From Rikenella microfusus (GTDB lineage: Bacteria > Bacteroidota > Bacteroidia > Bacteroidales > DYQK01), in contig DYQK01000001.1 of NCBI GenBank assembly GCA_020719385.1, positions 5,630-69,629 on the forward strand: a DNA stretch of 64,000 bases, given 5' to 3'. A model generated the notes under the pieces. The model made no database searches. It saw only the letters and a list, made by a program, of their open reading frames with translations, and was not told the DNA's origin. Within the stretch, counting starts at the first letter, position 1, and every line of letters starts with the position of its first letter. The position numbers and the translations under genes are program-made. Positions 49,596-58,305 of the stretch are shown piece after piece.

Positions 49596-50360
49596 ATGAA
49601 AATCAAGTTATTAACTCTCTTTTGTGTTTTTTCTTTTGTGGCAAATTCCATCGCACAAGAGGATAAAACTTATATTTCGATTCAAGAAGCGTTGCAAAAT
49701 GCAAAGCAAGTTTATATTCTCGACCTAACGGGACAATCGCTCAAGGAATTGCCCACAGAAATCGGCAATTTGGTGAATTTGAAAAAATTAATTCTTTGGA
49801 AAAACAATCTCACTTCTTTGCCTGCTTCCATCGGAAAATTGCAAAATTTGACCGAATTAAATCTCAAAGAAAATCAAATTTCGAAATTACCCGCAGAAAT
49901 CGGGCAGTTGAAAAATTTGAAAAAATTAAATTTGGAAAATAACAAATTGAAAGAGTTGCCAAAAGAAATTAATTTGTTAACCAACTTAGTAAATCTCAAT
50001 TTGGGATGGAACGCTTTGACTATCAATAACTTAACTGAAGTTTGGAAATTAACCAAATTGACAGAATTAAATTTGCAACGCAACCAACTCGAATCTTTGC
50101 CCGAAGAATTAGGAAATCTGACGAATTTAACCTCGTTAAATCTCAATTTTAACCCGTTGAAAACTTTGCCTGCTGCCATCGGTAAACTCGTTTTGTTAGA
50201 AGAACTCGACTTGGGCAAAAACACAGACCTAACGACTTTGCCCGTTGAAATTGGAAATTTACAAAATCTCGAAACCTTGAATTTACAAGGCGTTTCGCTC
50301 TCGCAAACAGAAAAAGATAAGTTAAAAAAATTACCTTCGAAAACAGAAATCGAATATTAA
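49596..50360 (+). CDS. Exported leucine-rich repeat protein
   Basis: About 9 LRRs of 23-24 aa (LPxEIGxLxNLxxLNL); signal peptide from ATG 49596; promoter box at 49550. Confidence 0.9.
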   Translation: MKIKLLTLFCVFSFVANSIAQEDKTYISIQEALQNAKQVYILDLTGQSLKELPTEIGNLVNLKKLILWKNNLTSLPASIGKLQNLTELNLKENQISKLPAEIGQLKNLKKLNLENNKLKELPKEINLLTNLVNLNLGWNALTINNLTEVWKLTKLTELNLQRNQLESLPEELGNLTNLTSLNLNFNPLKTLPAAIGKLVLLEELDLGKNTDLTTLPVEIGNLQNLETLNLQGVSLSQTEKDKLKKLPSKTEIEY

Positions 50361-50375
50361 AATCACTAAATTGAG

Positions 50376-51347
50376 ATGAATTTTTCTCGTTTTCTTTTTG
50401 TTTTTGCACTTTTTTGCACTTTTTCGAATCTCAAAGCACAGACAAAAGTGCATTCTATTTTGTCAAAAAATGTAATAGAAATTGCCGATACAACGCACTT
50501 GACGCTTGAGGTCGAAACTTCGGAAAATACAAAAATTAATTTTCCCATTTTTAACGATACAATTTCGAACTTAGTTGAAATGGTGGGAAAACCTAAAATT
50601 GACACGTTGAAAAAAAATGGCAAAATTATTTTGCGACAACATTTTTTAATATCAGTTTATACAGACACGGTTTGTAATATTCCGCCGTTGAAAGTTATTG
50701 TCAATCAACGAGATACGATTTTTTCAAATTCTCTTTCGCTACAAGTCTTGCCCGTCAATATTGACAAAAATACTGCGGCAAAAATTGATACGACAAAGGA
50801 ATTAAAAATTTTTCCTGTAAAACCGAATGAAAATACGCCGCTAACTTTGAAGGAATTTTTTCAACGTTTTTATTGGGTTTTTATCGTTTTGTTTTTGCTT
50901 TTGGCAGGAATTTTATTTTGGAAACGTTGGAAAAATCGTAAAATTCCTGTTGTTGAGAAAATTTTTGAGAAACCAAAAGAAGCTCCGCATATCATTGCGT
51001 TTCGAAGTTTGGATTCTTTGTTGCAAAAAAAATTGTGGCAGCAGGGAAAAATCAAGGAATTTCATATCGAATTGACAGAAATTTTGCGAATTTATATTGA
51101 ACAACGTTATGAAGTTGCTGCCCTTGAACAAACAACGGAGGAAATTATTGAAACGTTTAATAATCAACGCATTACACAGTCAGAAAATATTGAGTTGTTG
51201 CAAAAAGTTTTATTTCTCGCCGACCTGGTGAAGTTTGCGAAATATTCTCCCTTGCCCGATGACAACGACCGATGTTTTCAGCAATCTTACGCTTTTGTTG
51301 ACAAAACAAAACAAATTTCTGTGTCAAACAAAGAAGTTTCTCAATAA
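50376..51347 (+). CDS. BatD-like / DUF4381-type membrane protein
   Basis: Signal peptide, Ig-like N-terminal region, TM, LWQQGKIKEF, ALEQTT, ADLVKFAK. Confidence 0.75.
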   Translation: MNFSRFLFVFALFCTFSNLKAQTKVHSILSKNVIEIADTTHLTLEVETSENTKINFPIFNDTISNLVEMVGKPKIDTLKKNGKIILRQHFLISVYTDTVCNIPPLKVIVNQRDTIFSNSLSLQVLPVNIDKNTAAKIDTTKELKIFPVKPNENTPLTLKEFFQRFYWVFIVLFLLLAGILFWKRWKNRKIPVVEKIFEKPKEAPHIIAFRSLDSLLQKKLWQQGKIKEFHIELTEILRIYIEQRYEVAALEQTTEEIIETFNNQRITQSENIELLQKVLFLADLVKFAKYSPLPDDNDRCFQQSYAFVDKTKQISVSNKEVSQ

Positions 51348-51354
51348 AAATTTC

Positions 51355-51390
51355 AAAGTGTTTCTGTGCAAAAACAGGCAGAAACACTTT
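51355..51390. terminator. Bidirectional terminator
   Basis: AAAGTGTTTCTG...CAGAAACACTTT between convergent genes. Confidence 0.75.
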
Positions 51391-51396
51391 TTTTGT

Positions 51397-51930
51397 CTAA
51401 AAATATTGCGGATAAATCGCCATTTTTTCGATCAAACGTTTTTCTAAATATTCGTTTGCACCTTTCAAAGTATCGAAAATAAATTGTGCTTCCGACAAAT
51501 ATTGCTTTCTGCGTTCAGAATTCCACAAAAGATTGGGTTTTTGCAAATTCGAAATTCTATCAGCAAGTTTAACATTCCACACTTCGATGGGTTGCAGTTT
51601 TATTCGCTGCAAACTATCTGTCATCTGCACAGATTTCTCTAAATCAGGGTTTTTCGACAATGCCAAAACGCCGTCAGCAATTTTTTTCCCAAAAGTTTTC
51701 TCTATTTCTTGATACGTAACTTTTGTATCTTCAATAACATCGTGCAACAAAGCACATTGCATCGCAAAATTAATATCAAAATTCTGTTTATAAAAATAAG
51801 CGGCAAGCGTTTCCATCGTTACGCAAGCAACGTGATGCAAATACGAAGTTTCGCGACCAGGCATTGGTTGAAAACCGTGAGCCTGAGCGGCAAAATTCAT
51901 CGTTTCTTGATAAATATCAGGATTCCACAT
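51397..51930 (-). CDS. HD-domain protein, small alarmone hydrolase (Mesh1-like)
   Basis: FAAQAH, SYLHH, ALLHDVIEDT, VKLADR. Confidence 0.85.
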   Translation of the reverse strand: MWNPDIYQETMNFAAQAHGFQPMPGRETSYLHHVACVTMETLAAYFYKQNFDINFAMQCALLHDVIEDTKVTYQEIEKTFGKKIADGVLALSKNPDLEKSVQMTDSLQRIKLQPIEVWNVKLADRISNLQKPNLLWNSERRKQYLSEAQFIFDTLKGANEYLEKRLIEKMAIYPQYF

Positions 51931-51948
51931 AACATTTTTTAAGAAAAA

Positions 51949-53238
51949 TTAAACAATTTTACCAAATAAATCATATTCCTGAGCGGCTGTTATCTCAACA
52001 TTATAAAATTTTCCAATTTCAATTTCATTTTTCTCTGCACAAATAAAAATTTGTTGGTCAACATCAGGCGAATCAAACTCGCTGCGGGCAATAAAATATT
52101 TCTCATCTTTGCCATCAACTAAACATTTTAACGTTTTGCCAATTTTTTCTTTATTTAACTCCAGCGAAATTTTTTGCTGCAACTTCATTATTGAGTCGTA
52201 TCGATTTTTTTTCGTCCGCGAAGGAATATTATCTGCAAAATTTTGATGCGAAAAAGTATCTTCCTCGTGAGAATAGACAAAAACACCGAGTCTTTCGAAA
52301 CGCATCTCGGTAACAAAACTTTTTAATTCCTCAAAATCCTCTTTTGTTTCGTCAGGATAACCGACTAATAATGTGGTTCGCAAAGTTATTTCGGGAATTT
52401 CCCTTCGCAAAGACTCAATTAATTGAAAAGTTTGCTCTTTTGTATAACCTCTTCGCATTTTTTTCAACATCGAATCGCTGATATGCTGAAAAGGAATATC
52501 GAGATAACGACAAATCTTGCGATTATTTTTCATCAACTCAATAATTTCGGCAGGAAAAGGATGCGGATACGCATAATGAAGTCGAATCCACTCGATTCCT
52601 TCGATTTCTGAAAGTTGCGAAACCAAATCGACAAGGGCAAATTTTTTATATAAATCGAAACCGTAAAACGACAAATCTTGGGCAACAAGAATCAATTCTT
52701 TCACACCTTTTCTCGCAAGTCTTTGACTTTCAACGACTAACGTTTCTATCGGAGTAGAAATATATTCGCCGCGAATCTGCGGAATAGCACAAAACGCACA
52801 TAGACGATTGCAGCCTTCAGCAATTTTCAAATACGCATAATGCGAGGGAGTTGTCAAAAAACGTTCATTTTCTGCTTCTGCAAAATATTCCATTTGCAAA
52901 GATTTTAAAATTCCGTTCAAATTTTTCACCCCAAAATATTCGTCAACTTCGGGAATATCTTTTTGCAAATATTCTTTGTAACGCTGTGATAAGCAACCAA
53001 TTACGAATAATTTTTCGATTTCTCCGTTTTGTTTTGCTTGAACAAATTGCAAAATAGTTTGAATAGATTGTTCCTTTGCATCGTGAATAAAGCCGCAAGT
53101 GTTGATAATTACAATTTTTGCGTCAGAGTTGTCGTTGTCAAAATCAATAGAAATATTATTCCTCTCAAATTGAGCAAGCAAATGTTCCGAATCGACAACA
53201 TTTTTCGGACAGCCCAATGTTATTAAATTAATTTTCAA
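51949..53238 (-). CDS. rimO: Ribosomal protein S12 methylthiotransferase
   Basis: LGCPKNVVDSE, INTCGFI, CNRLCAFC, RLHYAYP, TRAM domain. Confidence 0.96.
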   Translation of the reverse strand: MKINLITLGCPKNVVDSEHLLAQFERNNISIDFDNDNSDAKIVIINTCGFIHDAKEQSIQTILQFVQAKQNGEIEKLFVIGCLSQRYKEYLQKDIPEVDEYFGVKNLNGILKSLQMEYFAEAENERFLTTPSHYAYLKIAEGCNRLCAFCAIPQIRGEYISTPIETLVVESQRLARKGVKELILVAQDLSFYGFDLYKKFALVDLVSQLSEIEGIEWIRLHYAYPHPFPAEIIELMKNNRKICRYLDIPFQHISDSMLKKMRRGYTKEQTFQLIESLRREIPEITLRTTLLVGYPDETKEDFEELKSFVTEMRFERLGVFVYSHEEDTFSHQNFADNIPSRTKKNRYDSIMKLQQKISLELNKEKIGKTLKCLVDGKDEKYFIARSEFDSPDVDQQIFICAEKNEIEIGKFYNVEITAAQEYDLFGKIV

Positions 53239-53277
53239 AACAAAAAATTTTTTGCAAAATTAATAATTTTTTTCAAA

Positions 53278-55083
53278 TTATTTTCCAAAAAGTTTAAAAA
53301 TTAAGTCATTTCTGTTGATTTCTCGAAGAAAATTTTTTAAAAAATATTGATTTTCTTTTTTGTACCAAAAGAAAAAATTGCGTTGCAACACTTTTTCCTC
53401 TTGCGTTTTTGGAATATGAACTTTTTTTAAACTATACGGCTCGAAACCCGTGTAATAAATTACACTCGAAAGCGTCATCGGAATCGGGGTAAAATCTTGA
53501 ATTTGTTCCAATTTGTAATGCAAATTTTTCGTTTCGACAGCCAAATTTGCCATATCAACAACTCTGCATTGCGGATGACTTGAGATAAAATACGGTATTA
53601 ACTCTTGTTTGAGATTCTTTTTTCTGTTAAAATTTGTGAAAAATTGTTTAAATTTCTTAAACTTCTCAAACGAAGGTTTTCTCATAATATCTAAAATCTC
53701 GTCAGAAGTGTGTTCGGGAGCAACTTTTAACCTTCCCGAAACGTGAAATTCCAACAACTCTGACGCAAAAATCGAATGACTCGGATGCAAAAAATCGACA
53801 AATAAATCATAACGCACTCCGCTGCCAATTGTAACTTTTTTAATTTGCGAAAGTGAACGCACTTTTCTGTACAATTCTATCAATGGAAAATGATTTGTGT
53901 TTAAATTCGCACAAATTTTGGGAAAAACGCAAGAAGGTTTTTGACATTTCGCACAAATTTCAATATTCTTCCCGCCCATTCGATACATATTTGCCGAAGC
54001 ACCGCCCAAATCTGACAGATAACCTTTGAAATCGGGCAGTTTCGCAATTTGTTCAATTTCTTTGAGAATAGAATTTTCGCTTCGCGAGACAATTTGTTTG
54101 CCCTGATGCACCGACAAGGCACAAAACGCACAGCCTCCAAAACAGCCACGATGAATTGTTGTTGAAAATTTTATCATCTCGTAAGCAGGAATAACATCTT
54201 TGTAACGCGGATGCGGAAGACGAGAGTAGGGCAAATCATAAATTTCATCCAATTCCGATTCGGACAAAAAATATTGCGGATTAACGACAAGATATTGATT
54301 ATCAAGTTTTTGCAGAATTCTTTTTTGTGAAAAAACATTCGATTCTTGTTCAATAACAACGAAATTTTTTGCAAATTTTATTTTATCATTTAAACATTCG
54401 CGAAACGAAAATAAATTCACCGTATTCCATTGATTTTTAGAGAGTTGCGAAATATTTTCTGTTAAAAAAGCCGTTTGCGGAATTTCTGTGAGTTGCGAAA
54501 TTTTTTTTCCTGCTTGAAGTTGTTTTGCAATTTCGAGAATTGCTTTTTCACCCATTCCATAAATTAATAAATCCGCTTTGCTTTCTGTTAAAATGCTATT
54601 TTTCAACGAGTTAGACCAATAATCATAATGCGGAAACCTTCGAAGCGAAGCCTCGATTCCTCCGATAATTATCGGAGTTTCGGGAAAAAATTCTTTTAAT
54701 TTTTTGCAATAAACAGAAACTGCATAATCAGTGCGATTTTGAGGTTTATTACCGCAAGAAAAAGCATCATCAGAACGAAGCCGCAGTTGTGCCGTGTAAC
54801 GATTCATCATCGAGTCCATTGCACCCGATGTTACCCCGAAGAAAAGTTTAGGTTTTCCTAATTTTTTAAAATCTCTTCCGTCATCAAGACAGTTTGGTTG
54901 CGGAACAACAGCCACTCTAAACCCTTGATTTTCAAGCACTCGACCAATAATTGCTGTTCCAAAAGACGGATGGTCAACGTAAGAATCACCTGAAAACAGA
55001 ACAATATCTATCTCGTTCCAATTTCGGATTTCGAGTTCTTTTTTCGAAGTGGGCAAAAAATTTAACAAATTTTCCTGAAACAT
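53278..55083 (-). CDS. YgiQ-family radical SAM protein
   Basis: GDSYVDHPSFG, GGIEASLRR, HRGCFGGCAFC, KVAPEH; ATG at 55083. Confidence 0.92.
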   Translation of the reverse strand: MFQENLLNFLPTSKKELEIRNWNEIDIVLFSGDSYVDHPSFGTAIIGRVLENQGFRVAVVPQPNCLDDGRDFKKLGKPKLFFGVTSGAMDSMMNRYTAQLRLRSDDAFSCGNKPQNRTDYAVSVYCKKLKEFFPETPIIIGGIEASLRRFPHYDYWSNSLKNSILTESKADLLIYGMGEKAILEIAKQLQAGKKISQLTEIPQTAFLTENISQLSKNQWNTVNLFSFRECLNDKIKFAKNFVVIEQESNVFSQKRILQKLDNQYLVVNPQYFLSESELDEIYDLPYSRLPHPRYKDVIPAYEMIKFSTTIHRGCFGGCAFCALSVHQGKQIVSRSENSILKEIEQIAKLPDFKGYLSDLGGASANMYRMGGKNIEICAKCQKPSCVFPKICANLNTNHFPLIELYRKVRSLSQIKKVTIGSGVRYDLFVDFLHPSHSIFASELLEFHVSGRLKVAPEHTSDEILDIMRKPSFEKFKKFKQFFTNFNRKKNLKQELIPYFISSHPQCRVVDMANLAVETKNLHYKLEQIQDFTPIPMTLSSVIYYTGFEPYSLKKVHIPKTQEEKVLQRNFFFWYKKENQYFLKNFLREINRNDLIFKLFGK

Positions 55084-55103
55084 TTTTAGATTTTTTTTTT
55101 TCA

Positions 55104-55136
55104 AATTTGTCAGATTTTTTAGGAATCTGACAAATT
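55104..55136. repeat. REP-like palindrome, family 1, copy G
   Basis: AATTTGTCAGATT-TTTTAGG-AATCTGACAAATT with perfect 13-bp arms. Confidence 0.85.
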
Positions 55137-55158
55137 CTGTAAAAATTTGCTCAAAAAA

Positions 55159-55602
55159 TTATTGTTTAAAACGAAGAATGATACTTTGTGCCAATTTTTT
55201 TGCATTTTCCAAAGTATCAATTTTGAGAGTGTAAAGTTCATTTTTGCCAACTGCCCGATACATATCTGTTTCGTCATACATCAAATTTAACGAAATATTT
55301 CCCATTACAAAAGTAGAATCTAAAATAATTTCAGATTTTAGCCCGTTTTTGACTGCTGTTGGAAAATAATAATCGTGAATCCAGTCGAGAAAGGAAAGTT
55401 CTGCACCTTCAAGATGGCTGTGGTCAGAAATCATCACTAAGATGTTGTTTTCTTTAAAATAATTTAGCGAAAATTCGCAAGATTCAACAGCCCCTTGTGA
55501 GTTAAGCGAGAGATAATTTTTCCAATACACAAAAATGGTATTAGGTATTTCGTCTGAGATGTCAAAAATTTCTGCGAATGGGTTTTCATAAACTTTTTTC
55601 AT
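55159..55602 (-). CDS. Hypothetical protein, STAS/SEC14 (SpoIIAA-like) candidate
   Basis: YEN..A.I, VYWK, MISD, W....FP.A...GL pattern; last gene of the signalling operon. Confidence 0.6.
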   Translation of the reverse strand: MKKVYENPFAEIFDISDEIPNTIFVYWKNYLSLNSQGAVESCEFSLNYFKENNILVMISDHSHLEGAELSFLDWIHDYYFPTAVKNGLKSEIILDSTFVMGNISLNLMYDETDMYRAVGKNELYTLKIDTLENAKKLAQSIILRFKQ

Positions 55603-55623
55603 AAAAAAGTGGTTTTAAATTTA

Positions 55624-58248
55624 TTATAACTCAATTCCAATTAAGAGAATGTCGTCAATTTGTTTGTTATCTCCTTTCCATTGCTGAAAGTCTTGTTCGA
55701 AATATTCAAAAAATTGTTCCATTGAAAATTCGGGGTGCGTCAATACTCCGTCTTTGATACGGTTTGCTTGATATTTTCTGCCGTCTGGTCCGCCGATTTG
55801 GTCGGGCAAACCGTCTGAGAAGAATAAAATTTTATCTCCCGTTTCATAATTAATTACGTGGTCGGTGAAATTGTCTTCTTTCTTTTTGGCAGGAGGAATT
55901 CCTCCGATGGCTTTTTGGTTTCCTTTAAATTGCGAAAATTCTTGTCCGCGAAGGAGAAATAATGGTCTGTGCGCTCCTGAAAAATGTACTTCTCTATTTT
56001 TTTTGCTAATTTTGCAGAGTGCGATGTCCATTCCGTCTCTTGCACTTGCGTCATCTCGGTCTTGCTTGAGTGTTCGCCGTACTCCGATGTGCAGTGCATC
56101 AAGAACGCCGCCTGCGGTAATACTGCCATCGTGGTCAACAATAGTGTTGAGAGTAAAGTACGCAACAAACGAAAGCAACGCACCTGGAACGCCGTGACCT
56201 GTGCAGTCAACAACGGCAATGAAAATATTGTCATCTTTGATAAAAAACCATGGGAAATCGCCGCTGACGACATCGCGAGGACGGTATAACATAAACGAAT
56301 GCGGAATGTGTTCGCGAATCACGCGGTAATCAGGTAAAATAGCAGACTGAATTCGTTGTGCGTAGTTGATGCTTTCGGTAATACTTTTGTTTTTCTCTTC
56401 AATTTCGATTTCAATTTGCTTGCGTTCCGTTACGTCGTGGGCAACGAATAAAATTGTTTCGAGAGTTTTCTCTTGATTAAATTCAGGAATAACATTTACC
56501 TGCATAATTCTATTTCCGTTTATTGATGGGAAAGTAGTTTCAGCGGTATATTTCTCTTGCGTTCCGACAACAAATTGTAGAGCATTTTTGAAAAATTTAA
56601 CAATTGCTTCATTGATATTTACCTCTTCGAGTGCTTTTTGACTCAATTCCTTTGCTTTTACGCCTGTAAAAATTTCAGTAACAGGGTTTGCGTAGAAAAA
56701 TTTGTTGTCAGGGCTGAGTCGAACAATCATATCGGGCGAGTTTTCTGAAAGTGCCTGCATTTCTCCACTCATTCGTTGAGCTCTCTCGGCAATCTTTCGC
56801 ACCGTAATATCGCGGGTGTTGAAAATAATCCCTTTGATGGCGGCGTCTTTCAAAAGATTTCTGCCTGTTGCTTCGAGCCACAAAATATCCTCGCGGCTAT
56901 TGCGTTCAAATTTATATTCAAAAACTTTTGTTTCTGTCGGATTTGCGAGTAAATATTCAAAAGCATTCTTTACAGCAAGTGTTGACTCTAAATTATCTTG
57001 CAAAAACGCATTTTCCCCTTCGATATGTTCGGGAGAATATCCTAAGATATGATTAACAGACGGACTAACATAAGTTACAACGCCTTTTTCATCATAAATT
57101 GTAATGACTTCAGAGGCATTTTCGAGCAACGAATATAAACGTTTTCGCCCTTTCTCGACCTCAGAGATTTGTGCTGCAAGTTTTTTATTTGATTCTTCGA
57201 GTTCATTTTGATACGCTTTCATTTTCATTGCGTTCAATTTCAATTCCTCTTCATTTTTCTTCAACTCTGCAGTCATTTTTTGCGAAGCGGCAAGCAATTC
57301 TTCTGTTCGTTTGTTAACTTTTAAGTTAAATAAAGTTTGAGCGATAATTTCGCCGAGTTCTTTAACTAATTTTATCGAATGTTCGGGAATATCTTCTTCC
57401 AAAGAGGAAATTTCGATAATTCCGTGTAATTTTTCATCGCTAATCAAAGGGGCAAAGAGCAATGTTTTTGGTTTTTTATCACCCAAAATGCCTGACGAGA
57501 TAGTTATATAATCTTTAGGAATCTCTCTTCGATAAATAATATCTCTTTCGAAAGCGGCTTGTCCGACTAATCCTTGTCCGATTTTAAATTCTTGTTGCAA
57601 ATATTTTTTTCTGTTATAAGCGTAAGTTGCGATATTTCGCAATTTGTTGCTTTCCTCATCAAAGAGATAAAACGCACCTTGAACCATGTTGGTGTAATTT
57701 ATCAAACTCACAAGCGTTTCGTAAGCAAGCATATCGATATTTGTGTGGTGCCGCAAAACGTCAGCAATAATTTCTTTGCCCTTTGCAATCCAGTTTTGCT
57801 CGGTTTCTTTCTGATAAGTTGCCAAAAGGTTATTTTTCATTATCAAAAGTGAATTTCCCAGAGTATCGCTTTTGTCAACCATTTCGACATCAACGGAGAA
57901 ATCGCCTTCACCGATTCGTTTCGCAAATTCTGCGTTTTTTTGAATAATTAAATTTCTATCAGAAAGAATTTCTTGCAGATAAGTACGGTTCTTCTCGCCT
58001 CGTTTTGCGAAGAGATATGCCAATCCTCCAAAAACTATCGGCATTAAATCTAAGACAAAAAGAAGCGGGTTAATCTTGTGCAAAACCCCGATGAGAGTAA
58101 GCGAAGCACTATGGATAAAACACGCAATAATCCATCCCAAAAACATCAGACCAAACCCTGACAAAATGGCAACGGTCATATATTTACGAGTCGGATAAGC
58201 ACCGAGTACTATTTCAAAATTTTCCGAAGTTTTATGTTGATTTTCCAT
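55624..58248 (-). CDS. 2TM-HAMP-GAF-PAS-PAS-SpoIIE/PP2C phosphatase
   Basis: TYAYNRKK and GQGLVGQAA (GAF), two PAS, VSGDFPW, DCTGHGVPGA, DGMD, SDG, IDD. Confidence 0.92.
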   Translation of the reverse strand: MENQHKTSENFEIVLGAYPTRKYMTVAILSGFGLMFLGWIIACFIHSASLTLIGVLHKINPLLFVLDLMPIVFGGLAYLFAKRGEKNRTYLQEILSDRNLIIQKNAEFAKRIGEGDFSVDVEMVDKSDTLGNSLLIMKNNLLATYQKETEQNWIAKGKEIIADVLRHHTNIDMLAYETLVSLINYTNMVQGAFYLFDEESNKLRNIATYAYNRKKYLQQEFKIGQGLVGQAAFERDIIYRREIPKDYITISSGILGDKKPKTLLFAPLISDEKLHGIIEISSLEEDIPEHSIKLVKELGEIIAQTLFNLKVNKRTEELLAASQKMTAELKKNEEELKLNAMKMKAYQNELEESNKKLAAQISEVEKGRKRLYSLLENASEVITIYDEKGVVTYVSPSVNHILGYSPEHIEGENAFLQDNLESTLAVKNAFEYLLANPTETKVFEYKFERNSREDILWLEATGRNLLKDAAIKGIIFNTRDITVRKIAERAQRMSGEMQALSENSPDMIVRLSPDNKFFYANPVTEIFTGVKAKELSQKALEEVNINEAIVKFFKNALQFVVGTQEKYTAETTFPSINGNRIMQVNVIPEFNQEKTLETILFVAHDVTERKQIEIEIEEKNKSITESINYAQRIQSAILPDYRVIREHIPHSFMLYRPRDVVSGDFPWFFIKDDNIFIAVVDCTGHGVPGALLSFVAYFTLNTIVDHDGSITAGGVLDALHIGVRRTLKQDRDDASARDGMDIALCKISKKNREVHFSGAHRPLFLLRGQEFSQFKGNQKAIGGIPPAKKKEDNFTDHVINYETGDKILFFSDGLPDQIGGPDGRKYQANRIKDGVLTHPEFSMEQFFEYFEQDFQQWKGDNKQIDDILLIGIEL

Positions 58249-58305
58249 TATTTTTTCAAAGTTTAATATTATTTTAGTGTTTTAAAAAATGAATATTTCT
58301 CAAAA

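Noticed and set aside
55091..55101. Poly-T tract as a phase-variation switch
   Set aside because: It lies upstream of the likely ATG (55083); A/T runs are ubiquitous here and A-rich leaders are normal in Bacteroidota
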